This document shows positions 50,007 to 63,262 of a DNA stretch of 64,000 bases, one piece after another. This DNA comes from Saccostrea cucullata (lineage: Eukaryota). The DNA is taken from contig NW_026926947.1 of NCBI RefSeq assembly GCF_032062105.1, positions 186,001 through 250,000 of the forward strand. The letters run 5' to 3'. How positions within the stretch are numbered: the stretch's first letter is position 1; every line of letters starts with the position of its first letter. The notes beneath the pieces are model-generated. The model was not told the origin of the DNA. It saw nothing but the letters and a program-made list of their open reading frames with translations, and ran no database searches. A program made the position numbers and the translations under genes.

Positions 50007-51089
50007 TTTTTCAATAATCAACCTCTTTTGTTTTATTTCAAACATCAAGTAGGTCTCTCAAACTGAACTCAAAACTTTCAAAGTCTTGGTGTTTATTTAG
50101 TTTTCAAATTAATCTAAGTAATTATAAAATAAGTTGATGTAACAAGGGTATCAAGTCAACATCTGACAAACTTTATGGCCGGTACATGTACGATGCCTTC
50201 ATTCTGATACTATCTTCTAGAATATATAAGTTATGTTATAATGGTAACCTGCACTTAAACGTTAGTGTTGAAAATTAACCCCTTACATTATCTTAAGAAA
50301 ATGAACATTTTGTTACAACGAAGGGAAAATTCACATTCCTGTGACCTTTGTACATGGAATCACTACAATCAATACTTTTTTGTAAAACTAGAGTGGTTAC
50401 AGGTGTTACACTATTCTAAGGCATCCAAAAGTGAGGCCATAAAGGACCTAAGTCTGACAGGTTCTTTTTCTGCTCTCTTCGGTTGCACTAAACTCAAAGA
50501 TGTATGGGTAATTGAGTATTTCTATGTACTTTGTTAGAAGCAAAGATTTAAAGTACATATACTTACTAAGGGTACAAGGTATATAGACAATAAAGCTGTT
50601 ACTGATTTATATATGGTTTACTCTTCCTATTTCTTTGATGCATGTTCACCTACATTAATTAAACCCAGGTTTCATATTGTTTCTGTAAAGAATGCACTCG
50701 AGATTTTAGATATGGTCAAAGACAGATATTTGCATTTGAACTTTGTTAATTGCGCTCCAAGAATATCCCTTAAAATTGTTCTCTCAAATATGTTTTCATA
50801 ATCAGTCTGTTAATTATCTGGATATATATTTACACAACATAAACCTTGTGAACCAATGGAGAGTTTTCTAGTGCAAAGAATGAATACAGATATAAACGTC
50901 TTATTTAATTGAATTACTGATAATAACGGAGATTGCCTACAGTTTGAATCAAGAAGTCTTACTACTTATTTTTCCTAGTTTTGAAATTTTTATTTACTTT
51001 TGGTTCAAGAAGTGCCAATGTATAGATATTTACTCTTAATTCGTTATGTAAAATCATGATATATTTATGATTTTTGTTTTAAATGAAGC

Positions 51090-53050
51090 AAGCTATTGAC
51101 AAGGAATTCGATGAAACAAGAATATCAACAGTCTTTGGTTAAGTCATCCGCTCGCAAGTTCTACGGACAATACAGTCATCATGTTACATAACACGATCTA
51201 TCATTAAGAGAGATGATAACTGACGTTTTTCAAAATGCTTCTCATTAGTCATTTGCAAAATTATTTTGTTACTGTACACACAAGTAATCTGAAGTTGACA
51301 TGAAAAAGATGCTTGAGCTTCTGATTGACAACATCTATGTCGTTTTTGGAGACCAGGGGCTCGTAACATAAAGCTTGCTAAGATTTTGACTTCAGTAGGG
51401 TCATAAGTACGTTTTAGGCACAATCTTAGGACCTGTCTAAGTACTACTTAAGTATGTTTTAAACCGTAACATAAAGCAAACTAAGATTTGTCCTAGCTAA
51501 GTCAGACTTATGTTAGAGATATTTTTTAATGAATTACCCAATAGTTTTTCATTTTATTCATATATATTGCTACAAAATGATTCGGTTAATTAAATATGTA
51601 TAAAGATTAACGTCCTTACCTATCGTTTTAGTTATGTAACATTAGATTTCGTATTAAAGATATAATTTTGTTATAGAATACAATGCATATTTGATTTAGA
51701 AAAAATACTGTGTGGTCACAAAGCGATGATTTTTGGTTCATTGTAAATGTATGACTATTGTTTATCCCTCGAAGCTGCGATGTTTTCATTTACAGATCCA
51801 TGATTTAGACTATTACTGTGTTCAGTTTACTTGTAACCGATCGAGGTCCCACTAATTTCAGATGTATCCCCGAAATTAAATTTTGCATTTACATGTACGG
51901 TGTCTTGAGAGTAATAGTGGAATCATTGATAAGCCCCCCCGACGAAAAAAATCTCATAATAGTATTTAATAGGAATAATTATTTTTTTTAATGCATAATA
52001 TGAATAGAGGAATGCTTTAACACCGAAAGTCAACATATAATAGTTCTTAATATATGTATAAGAAAGTTAAGATATACTTAAGTCACATCTATCTTTCGCC
52101 TAAGTTTTGCTAAGATTGACAAATCTTAGCAGGTTTCTAGTTACGGTCTTAAGTTTTATACTGTACTTAAGCCCTACTTAAGCACGGTCGTAAACTTAAG
52201 TAGCCTTTATGTTACGACTCCCAGGTCTTCCAACAATCTATTAGAACTCCCATGGGTACCAATTGCGGTCCGTTATTAGCAGACCTATTTTTGTAATCAT
52301 TTGAAGCAGAATTTGTGCAAAATCGTATGCGTGAAACGAAGAAAACACTTGCTACATGGCTTTGAACTCGACATCTAGATTTATCGACGAGGTATTGTCA
52401 ATTAACAATAATAATTTCCATTCTTATACGATATATCCTGGTGAGCTTGGAATAATTACCAAAGAGTCTGACACACCTGTTTCGCATCTGGATATTCACA
52501 TGAAAAAGACATTAATGGTAATCTAACAACCAAGCTCTATGATAAACATGACGACTTTAACTTTTCTATCGTCAACTTCCCTTACTAATGCAGCAATATA
52601 CCTTCATCACCTGCATAAGGCATATAAATATCTCAGTTGATTCGATACGCAAGAGCATGAACAATTTCTAGAACGAGGAAAACTATTGACAAACGCGTTG
52701 ATGAAACAAGAATTTAAGAAGTCTCGTTTAAAGTTTCTATTGTCGATACAATGCCTTTTTAGAAAATACGTGTCAATTTATCACTGAGTCAAATGCTGAC
52801 TGACGTTTTTCATACTAATTGTTAGTGCATTATTTATACACTGAATTGACGACGGATTTTCCCGTTATTTCCCGATCATGAAGAAAGAGAACACGGCGGG
52901 TATGGCCGGTCAGCAGGGAATGCTCACCCCTCCATGGCACCTGATCCCACCTCCGATGTTTTAGTGGTCCGTGTTTGCTCTGCTCCTATTTTGTACTGTT
53001 TTATGGACTTTTGATCTTGGATACTGTTCGTTATCTCAATATGTTTCATT
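51090..53050 (+). mobile_element. Penelope-like retroelement remnant (RT pseudogene plus 3' tail)
   Basis: KKMLELLIDNIYVVFGDQ|VFQQSIRTPMGTNCGPLLADLFL*SFEAEF, RFIDEVLSINN, KLYDKHDDFNFSIVNFPY*CSNIPSSPA*GI*ISQLIRYARA. Part of the 3' segment is duplicated upstream (about 51090-51232). Confidence 0.85.
51357..52221. mobile_element. Harbinger-like MITE inserted in the Penelope-like RT
   Basis: 17-bp TIR GGGCTCGTAACATAAAG / CTTTATGTTACGACTCC with CAG TSD (51354-51356, 52222-52224). Excision restores the codons G-D-Q-V-F-Q-Q. Confidence 0.9.
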
Positions 53051-55233
53051 GTTAGGCCTTTATTTACACACTGAAATATCTATGGATTTTTTTCGTCCTC
53101 ACGACCTTGACAATAAACACATGTTGCAAAGTTTCTGTAAAAGTCAAGTTAAATTTTCCGCAGTGATATTGGAGGAGTTGCGGACAAAAGGCGAGTACCC
53201 AAAAGTTAAACTTATATGCCCGGAAAAATCCGCGCGGACTAACGAACGGTGGGCGGACATACCCATCACTATGCATTAATTTTTATACCTTTTTCTTATC
53301 AATTTCTATAAAATAGCTAGTGAATTATTATTAGTGGGTATTCAAATGATATTACACAATCTCAACTTTGTGTACTCTTTCGGGATGTCTGCCCAACTAT
53401 TCAACACTCATCGTTCTACTTGAAGGGGGTAACGCAGTCGTGTAATTTTTATATTAAACATTTAAAACCGATATTAGAATTCACGCCAACTGTTCTCAAG
53501 ACAAATGGTTTTGCTTCGCTTTAAAAGAAAACATGGATGATAATGTAATATGAAGCCTCATTGTCTCGATTTTTGTCTGCCATTAATTGTAACAAAAACT
53601 GAAGAAAAAGCATAAATATAAGAACATTCTTTTTTTTAATTTATACTTAGAAAGATTTTTAATTTGCACTTCTTTTGTTCAGCGAGGGTAATAAGGAAAT
53701 ATTAAATTTTATACACTTGTGATTTTTAATTATAAATTAAGAAATTAATTATTTCTCAATTGTTTTTCTCAGCAAAATGTTGGTGTGAACAACTCTTTGT
53801 TACGATAATAGAAATAAGAAATGTTTCGCTTGTGAATCAGTGTGTTTTACATAATAATGAGAATATGAGGCAGATATGTTTAATCTCTAGGACTGGAAGA
53901 TGAAAACAATTATGATATCTAGTTCGTGGTAGGAAGCTTTTTATATGACATACATTCTAATAGATGAAATACCAATGTTGAATGAATACAACTTAAATGT
54001 AGTGGAAAAATACAAACTCGTTTAAATAAATCTATTTTCGTATTTCATATTCCTTCAAACAAACCTTTTTACCACAAAATTCAATAGATAAATCATTTTT
54101 ACATCTACCTGATATTTTCTTCCCTACTATTTTAAAGTACACGATGAAAGTGTACCTATACTTATTTTCGATCATGTACAGAATCAACAGATAGATGCAG
54201 CATAAAGACCTTGCCGAACTCTGCTAGCACTCTTAGACAAGATTGTCTTATACAGATGTCAAGGGAGTGTGGTTTTAATAATGGCATTGTATCCAGGAGC
54301 CGCTCTAAGACTATCCATGCCAACTAAAAACAAAAACGATGAGTTAGTGTTAACCTGGATTGTTTTGATGAATAATGTGATATATGTCTACATTTATTTG
54401 TTACAGGAAGAAAAGAAATCAAGAGTTTCAACTCCTAGAAGAAATGGAAATCCGTGTAGTCAGTTGTAACAGTTAAAGTACAAGATTTCTTTCCATTCAT
54501 GAGCATGATTTTTAGTGTCTGAGACCATGTTTTGTGTTACTTGTATCTGATGTAAGTATAAGCTTTTACCGATTTTTGGCTTCTGTTGATTGAAGCAAAA
54601 AATTGGCGATCGTGTAGCTGCTTGAACAACATTCACGAGTAAACGAAATTTGAAAAAATACAATAAACTAAAGAAAGGAAAGTTACCATCCAGTCATAAC
54701 TCTGTAAGCAAGTTGTGTTTTTGAATGAAATATATTGAGGGGTATTGAGAGATTGTGTATGTTTTTGTTATGTAGGCAAGAGGAAGAAAGGATAGTGGAG
54801 AGCATGGATTGTACAGCATCCTGTGCTTGTTTTAAGGGATTCTATTCCAGAATTCACTGCAATATACTCAGTATTTCCGTTCCTTGTAAAAAATTTTATA
54901 TATTTAGATTTTTAATCAAAAACTCGAAAATTGAAAGGCAACAAGTATAGCCTGTCTCCTGTAATTAAAAAAGACGGTATAGAAATATCACTCAACTCTC
55001 CGTTGTAACACAGGAACTGATAATATCATAGTGGTATGTTTAATATGAATTTCCCGAGAACAATTAACTAACTTTGCACAGGAAATATGAAGGTAGAATA
55101 CATAGGTACAGTTTTGTGCCTTAAATCGATTTGAAATTTATGACAAGGGTACATAAATCCAGTATTGCAATACTCTAGTACCTTCTTTATAATACAACTT
55201 GAGGTTATCTTAACACAAGTACCTCTTATTTCA

Positions 55234-56192
55234 GTACACCCAGCTTGAAAAGTGGGAGGGTATAAAGTGTTGGGGATGTCTGTCCTCCGTCCGTCTGTCT
55301 GTTAGCTTTGGTGTACCTATCTCTTATCCACAACTCCTCTAATACTAGTGAATGAAATTTGATGAGACTTTCACAGAATCTTTACTACATGTATATTGCC
55401 ACTGTGCACCTCCTATTTTACTTGTTAATCCGACACATATTTTAGGTTTCCCATAGCAAAACATGGACATTGCCATTATATTCATATGGGAGGCGAGGGT
55501 GGGGGTTTTATCATTTATTGAACTCATTGCTCGCAGTACCTCTAGTTTTGTTTGTATTAAGCAGAAGAGTTTCAATATTTCATACATATCATAAATTCCC
55601 GTTTTGTCAAAAAAGAAATGGTTTGGTATGGTACTAAAATTGTCTACAAAAAAATCTTCAAATATACGTGTTTTATCAGCGACCCATTCTAATAATTTAC
55701 TTAAAAGTACTGTTAATCATGAGCTCACTTAAATGATGACCCCCGCCTCACATATGGTTATAATGGCAAAGTCCACGTTTTGCTTTGTGAAACCCCAAAT
55801 AAGTGTTAGATCAAAAAGTAAAATAAGAGGTCACAATAACCTTATGTAATACAGAATATGTGGAAGTATCATTCACTTTTATTCAGTAGTATATAGGAGG
55901 AGTTGCGGATAAGAGATGGGTACCCTTCAATATTATTGAAAGAAGAGCCGTGTCCATGTTTTGCTATGGGAAACCCAAATCATGTGTCCGATCACAAAGT
56001 AAAATACTTCATAATGACACTATATGACAAAGATTCTTTGAAAGTCTCATTAAATTTCATTCAGTGATAAAGGAGTTGTTGATAATAGATGGACCCGTAC
56101 TCTAAATGTAATGTTCAACCAGACGGACGTACGGACGGATGAACATTCCGATCACTACAAACCCTCCCACTTTTCAAGCAGAGGGAATAAAA
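55234..56192. mobile_element. Two HINE-type elements tail-to-tail (about 55234-55548 +, about 55715-56192 -)
   Basis: Head CTTGAAAAGTGGGAGGG..GTCCGTCTG and its reverse complement; shared unit TTTCCCATAGCAAAACATGGACA. Another copy at 58122-58416 (-). Confidence 0.7.
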
Positions 56193-57017
56193 ATGTACAT
56201 TGCCCAATATTTCAACTATAAATTCTGGTTTTAGAACTGAAATACATATTTCATATAAGCACCGATGTACACCTGGAAAAAACCTTTCTTTTACATTGGT
56301 ATGCTAAGAAATGATTCATTTTTCTGTTTTTTTGGTTTTTTTTCGTTTTTCAATGTCAAATTAAAATGAATGAATCATTACCCCTTTTTTCTTCTTTTAG
56401 CTGATTATAAAGAGGTGAAACAATTACCCTCTTTCCCGATCTTATTATTTTTATGAACTTTACTAGTGTTTCAAGGTTCCAAAGCTCAATGGTGGTATCG
56501 GTAGGTTACGTATACTGTCATGTGTAATAGCAGGGGAGGGGTGCGACCTGTGTACAAGTACTAATGCACTTCCTATCAAGAACTGTGGAAATTGATACAT
56601 GTTCGGATTGTTAGCATGAACACCATCCGAAGATGCATTAATTGATGATTGACTACCACATGAGGTTGTTCCCCTCCTGTTAAATAGGGATCAATGCCAA
56701 AAGGATGCAAAGATTTGCCCATTAATTTAAAAGTGATTTTCAAGTGAAAACGGAAATGCAAGTTAACTAATGATTTTTATGGCTTAACATAATTTGTGTT
56801 TATTTTCCCCAAAACAGATAGAGACAGATTTTTATTCTTTTTACACAGTGTCGCGGCCAAATTTTAAGCACAGTTTGTAACACCTCATCACAATCAGCTT
56901 TTAACTATTGAGAAGTGTTGTCTGTCCCGGAAGGATGTGATTATTATATATTATTTCCTGTACGTTGATTCTTCATCTGCAGTTTTATAAACTTCCCGCC
57001 TTAGCTATTTTTGACTA

Positions 57018-57162
57018 ACCGTTAATCACTTTATTTTCGCGTTATTAAGCGAGAAAGTCTGCTCGCGAATAGTTTTCTCTCGCGTATGTATGTTACGTAA
57101 AGGATAAGTCTGGCATATAAATACCTATCTCGCGAGTCGACAAAATATTGTGATTTACTGTA
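57018..57162. mobile_element. Small decayed Tc1/mariner-type MITE
   Basis: Ends CCGTTAATCACTTTATTTTCG / AAAATATTGTGATTTACTGTA; internal CTCGCG repeats. Confidence 0.45.
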
Positions 57163-58121
57163 TCACAGTAAAGCTATAAAATATGGCACTTTTGATGCAC
57201 TAGGGAAAATACATGGTATATAAGTAGAACAATTACCCTGGAGACTTGCTCAAACAATAGTGTTCCTGCTATTGTTCCAGGAAGTCATCGCTTGCTTAAT
57301 TTAAAAAGGTCGGTCGTAGAAAATTTTCCTTGTTAAAAATGAGTAGAAGGGTCAAATTAAAAATTCGAGAAAATATATAACTCTAGATAAATTAAAGGTT
57401 TTTTAAAAATCCGAGTTATTCTTTAAAGAAAGCAATAAATCAGGAAGGTAACGAATAATCATATTGACCCTGTAGCACTCTGTTTTCTGTTTACATATAT
57501 TTTTTTTTTATTATCAGACATGGATTTCTTAAATGAAGATATGATCTACTTAGAATGAAAATACATGTATCTGTGCCTAATAATTATATTAATTTTATAG
57601 TTATATCACTTAATATTAATTTTGTATCTTGTTGAAATACTTAGTACTACGGCAATAAACCCGGAAAGAAAATCGGACAAGTGGAGTTCAATGCAATCTT
57701 CTGAGGGAGTGCACCTGTCCCTACCGATTAGGGAAATAACAATGTATAGGTCATACATGTATACATTATTTATAAGGGCCGAATCTGGAACTGTAATTTA
57801 AGCAAATAGGCTATGCCTCAACTCATAATATACTGTACGTTTACATATTTTGACATCAAAATTTAGCGCAATCTATTGGTATGGCGTTGATTGCGTAATC
57901 ATGAATTTGCAATACACATGTCCGTTTCGTGTATTGTATTTTTTGTAAATGATAATTTCTAAGGAGTATTCATAAATTAACGGGAACGAAAATTTTAAGT
58001 ACACTTACAGTCTACGATGTAACCAAAGTGCAGCAACTCTGTTTTTATTCGAAATCCTTGGCATTGATCAGTATAGACCTTCAGTATAGACCTCACAAGT
58101 TCCCTCCCTTTTTATTTAAAA

Positions 58122-58416
58122 GCAAGAGGTACTGTGAGCAATAAGTTTATTAAATACCCCCAGCCTCCCATATGAATATAATGGAAGTGTCCATGTTTTG
58201 CTGTGGGAAAACCAAAAGGTGTATTGGAACAAAAAGTAAAATAGGAGGTCGCAATGGCAATATGTAATAAAGATTCTGTGAAATTTTCATCAAATTTCCT
58301 TCAGTGGTATGAGAGGAGAAGCGGATAAGAGATGGGTAACCCAAAGCGTAAGAGACGGGCGGACATACGGACATACCGATTACTATATACCCTTCCACTT
58401 TTCAAGTGGGGGTATC
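58122..58416 (-). mobile_element. HINE-type element, same family as 55234
   Basis: Reverse complement of the 55234-55548 element, with both ends (GAGGTACTGTGAGCAAT ... CCACTTTTCAAGTGGGGGTAT). Confidence 0.7.
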
Positions 58417-60334
58417 AAAAGCACATAGTACTTCCTAAATGACTAAACTTTTCATTTGATAGCAAGTCCTTTGACCCTTTGACCTTGACATTGGAGTTTC
58501 ACCTACTTTTAATTTTTTTAAACCTTGGCCACAACTTCTAAACGGTTAGGGCTTCCATACTTTACATATACATTCTTTGTGGCAAGACCTTTCATTGGAT
58601 ACCAATTATCTTGACCTTTTGACCTTGACTTCGGAGATTTCCGTACTTATGAAAAAACTTTAACCTTGGCCTTCTTTGATATTTCGCAACTGTATTTCCA
58701 GTGAGAATACCCTAATTTTGGTACCAATATATTAACTTTGCATTTAAGAAAAGTATAAACTTCTCTATGTTGTCATACGGTGGCATCAGTGTTTCATAAA
58801 CACATCTTTTTTTTGTATAAGATATCGCATTTTTTGTCTTAAAATGTAAAAAATATTGTTTAAATTGTTTTATTTTTTCAAACAAATTCAAAGTACTTTC
58901 AAAATTTTATGAATTTAATTTTACATTTAAAAAAAACCCTTGAAGACAATCCCCTATATTGCTATAATGGACTGTATTGGTGGGTCTACGATTTCGATGG
59001 GGATGTATCCTCACAATATCTGACAGGGTCCCGAGTCTACTTGTTGTGGGGGTGGGATGACAAATTTCATTCGATTTTTCTCTTACTGAGGACCCCAAAT
59101 TTTATTTGCAGTTGACAGAAAACTGTGTCATATTCTGCATCTCTCTCTCTCGCTCTCTCTCGTAATCGTGCATTTGGTTCCTGCATTACTGAGTATACTA
59201 CAAATTACCTAATTAGATAACATTAAACCAAAGTATGCATGACTTCTAACTCGCAAGTCTAAATTCGGGAGTAGTGTTATACATGTGTAGAGATTATCGA
59301 AACCTTTCCGTGAAGTTGAAATGCATTCTTGATATTAATATTTAATATATATATGTAGAATCAAATTATTTTGTTATGAATAGCCTTAACATCCCACTTC
59401 CTTCACTTTTCCGATATTTCGAATTTACAAATTGAAAATGAACGCATTTGTCACATGTAAAGAAAAGACAGAAGTTATTTTCATTGAATCAAAGAGATAT
59501 CAGAGATGAATTATATGGTTTACTAAAAAACTCACGATATAATATTTAGTTTTAAACAACGAGCAACGGAGTTTGAGGCGATATGGTATAGTAATGCGCT
59601 TGTTAGGGTGTGCGTGTGAGTGTTTGCGTTATTTGTTCTTGTGCAGAACGTAAGAGTTCGATGTCGCATGCTTTCTTCATTTGGAAATCTATTAAGCTTC
59701 TATAAACCCTGTATCGTTTGGAACAAAAGCTTTTGTGTTCGGAAGATCACATATTTCTCTCATGCTCTTAAATTTCTACAAAGATGCTTATTAGTTTTAA
59801 TTTTTATGTGTGTTACATAGAAATTAAAATTTATAAAAGAAAAAGCGTACCCGATCAAAAATAGTTTACAAGATAAAGATAAAAACCATAAAATAGATTG
59901 TTTACTATAAGATAAATTATGGTTATATAATACATAAATTTTGATTCATAATTTTAATGACAGGAATATATGACATACTATATTTGTCTCATCGATAAAA
60001 AAGAGTACGAGTTTTATTAATTAAACGTTTTTATTTCAAATATTTTCAATAAATGATCAATATCGCGATTTCATCTCTTATAAGGGCATGGGACAAGACA
60101 TAAAACGTTTCATAAAATTAAATTAAAACATGATCGATAGGACAGTTTTCCGAAGTGTATAAAACAATCAATTCCATTATATTCATTAATTATCTGTTGA
60201 CAGGTCTGATGCAATGGTATCTTTATAAGAAAACGCATGATGAAATCAGGAAAACTCCTTATATACAGTATACAGCTAATATATTAAAGCTGACCTAATT
60301 ATTTATAAATACAGTCCACGGAGAGGTGTGCGTC

Positions 60335-60437
60335 GTTCGTCCAATGAAATCGCTTCGTTAGTCCAATGTCAAGTTCGTTTGACGGCGATTATAAACAAGT
60401 CCGGATTGAATTTTGTCTGTGATCAATTCTCACTGAA
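60335..60437 (+). promoter_or_regulatory. Putative PAH core promoter
   Basis: CCAAT at 60341 and 60363, TATAAA at 60390-60395, Inr-like TCAATT about 30 nt further on, ATG at 60438. Confidence 0.55.
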
Positions 60438-63262
60438 ATGGATAACGGAATTTCTCCAGCCAAAAAACAGAAAGTGATCAACGGTGATAATGTAAGTAGT
60501 TTGGTCACCTCTGGTTTCCAAATTATCCTTTTATTGCACGAAACATACACTTTGTTTATTAAGTTCATTGCTTGCTCATGCAATACAATAAAACAGGATC
60601 TTTTCTACTGGATAACGTCCAAGTCATTGATTATTTTGTATAACTTCACATTGACGGACGCGAGGCATATAACTGTCCATGCTAGGCTTCTCTCATGCAC
60701 AGTCGACCTCTTTTTTTCTGCTATATTACTAATATTACTAATATTAGTCTTTGCATGTTTTATTTATAAAAATATAACCGATCGATAGTGATATATTGCA
60801 CGGTTGATTCAATCAAATATGAATTAATCCATCATTGTATTGACTTTATGTTTTGACTTTGTACTTGATTTCGTAAAAATACGTTTTATATCCCGCAAAA
60901 TGTATAACATATTAGATTATGTAATCGTCATGAACATATGGTCTCGTATTTGGATAGAAAACGTATTGTGAATCAGTGAAAACTGACAATATTCGTACTA
61001 AATATTGATTTTTACATGTTTAATTTAAAAAAGGCATGATATTGATCTTTTCCTTTCGCAATAGACAGGAATCTTTTAATTTAAATTTTAGTAAGTTCAA
61101 AGATGCAATTTTCAAATCCCGATCATTATAAATTAATTTCCAAAATTAATTCAGGATGTAAACTTTTACCTTTTTTTCAGTTAAATTTTTATTTTAATTT
61201 AAACTCAGTGCGGTATTCCAGAAAAAATTGAAAATCAAGAGTATAACGTTTCATTTATGTATAGCAGGATTTGCATATGGTATCTGAATTTGTCTGGCTT
61301 GTCAGAATTCTGGCACATTATGAGTTATTTATTACACTACTGTGTTAACAGTTTAAAAACCCTGATCCCTGGTACGGCCCTCGAAAACAGCTATTTGTGT
61401 CGACTTCTCCTGCATGTACATTTTTATTTTACTGTAACATGTCATTTTTGCATGTAAATAAATTGTTACCGGAAAGGTGTAATTTTGTTGTCAGCTGGAT
61501 AGTAAAATTGAGGATGGACACGTTTGTTCGTTGAATTTTTTTTCCCCCCCCCCCCCCCCCCCCCCTTAAAAAATCTGTCACCATTTTATTAAAAAAAAAA
61601 AATTATCCATTCTCTTAACGTCTCAAAACCAAAATTATGGCAGACCAGCCAAGGTATACGAATAAGGAAATGTAAGTGAATACTCTGTAAAACCTTGATC
61701 TAATTTTATTCTTCTTTCTCATCACCCAACTTAACTTTGTTTTGTTAATTAAAGTGCAGGCAAAATTACACACAACCCTGATAAACAATTTACATGGATA
61801 TATTTATTTTTTGCATTTCAAAACTTTGACATGATGGAAAACTCTATGAAAATGAATTTGATACAAACAAAATATTTTTTTACCAAAACATATTCATTAT
61901 CATGATATGAAATGGTTTTGATGTCCAGGATTAAAGAATAAACTTAATGGTTTGTCGTATTTTATCCAATAGACTGAAAAGATTTTTACAGTAAAGAAAG
62001 CAGAATTGTCCAATGTTTCTTAGCATTAAATTTAAAGTAACAGACATGCATGGGATTTTATTTGGTAACGAATAAAATATATGTGTAAATATGCGTTAAT
62101 ACACACTAGGCGAATTTTATCTTAAGTATTTTCATATAGTTTAAGTTCATGCATTTTTTTTTTAAAAACATGAAATGAACCTTCTTTCTATTTTTAGAAT
62201 GACTCAAAGTCGGAGAAGAATAGCTACCTTAAGGTCCAGACGGACCCAGAAAACAGCGTCAGCATCTTCTTCTCTCTCCCCGAGAAAGTCGGGGCCTTGG
62301 CCCAAATTCTGAAAATCTTTGAGGTACACGTCCACTGAAATGGTAAACGGTTGAATGAGTTTGGATGTGTGGGTGGATTTCTATGGTATATGTTTCTTCA
62401 AGAAGCAATGAAAGAAAGAATTGAGTTACTGAAGGACAGAGAACGAATATAATAGCAATGAAAGAAAGAATTGAGTTACTGAAGGACAGAGAACGAATAT
62501 AATAGCAATGAAAGAAAGAATTGAGTTACTGAAGGACAGAGAACGAATATAATTCCGTTTTTAATGTCGTTATTTATATACTTGCCTGTCCGTCTTATAA
62601 CGAATGACTCTGGACTACGACCTTGCCATCTGTCATGGGAATGTATCTTAGTCAATATTTGGGCGATGTAAAACAAAATTTTGTATGCATGAATGCTAAC
62701 CTGCAAATATTAATTTAAATGAAATAAATATCAGTGTATGAACTTGTAAAACAAAATAAATCCAGAAAAAGCAGACATCTGAATGGCAAAACTGAATCAA
62801 TGATTGGCAATATGTTATGTTTTTAATTTAATGGTGTGTACATTTTATAGAATTACAATTTTATCGCGTCCGTCAAGGAATGCTTTGATCATCTTTTGTT
62901 GCAGAATATCGAGGGGCATATTTCGTCACATTCACAGGAACCTCTAGTAAAAAGGTGGAAAAAATGTTAACGGCAATTTTTATTCCCTCTAAAATCGTCG
63001 CAATTAACTATTCGTTCCATTGCTGCAGATGTGTAAGGCAACTAATCACATTTTATGCATGTTTCCTCATAGGAACGCCAAGTCAACCTACATCATATTG
63101 AATCCCGACCTTCCAAGCAGAGCAACACGGAGTTCGAGTTCTTCGTGAGTTGTGATAACAAGACTGGTGGCCTGAAAGAAGCACTGGATCAAGTGAAGGG
63201 AATCGCCAAGACATTCCGAGTGTTGTCAAGAAAAGCCGGGGAATACCCTTCTGATGACACCG
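60438..63262 (+). CDS. PAH: Phenylalanine 4-hydroxylase, first three coding exons (ACT regulatory domain); gene continues beyond the window
   Basis: Exons 60438-60491, 62198-62323 and 63073-63262; GT-AG, phases 0, 0, 1. Protein ...SVSIFFSLPEKVGALAQILKIFE|ERQVNLHHIESRPSKQSNTEFEFFV...VLSR...DDT(V). The GAL and IESRP motifs and the intron positions match vertebrate PAH. Exon 1 is assigned by phase and promoter context. TPH cannot be strictly excluded without the catalytic domain. Confidence 0.85.
62404..62553 (+). repeat. Perfect 50-bp tandem repeat, 3 copies, PAH intron 2
   Basis: AGCAATGAAAGAAAGAATTGAGTTACTGAAGGACAGAGAACGAATATAAT starts at 62404, 62454 and 62504. Confidence 0.95.

Noticed and set aside
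61546-61565. Poly-C/poly-G runs (also about 3191, 15795, 18849, 63560, 63767) and (GA)n tracts
   Set aside because: Common simple repeats in this kind of genome; lengths are unreliable and there is no evidence of function.
61637-61671. Alternative PAH first exon (ATGGCAGAC...GAAAT|GTAAGT)
   Set aside because: It ends in phase 2, whereas exon 62198 needs phase 0, and the phase-0 frame contains TAA. It could at most be non-coding.
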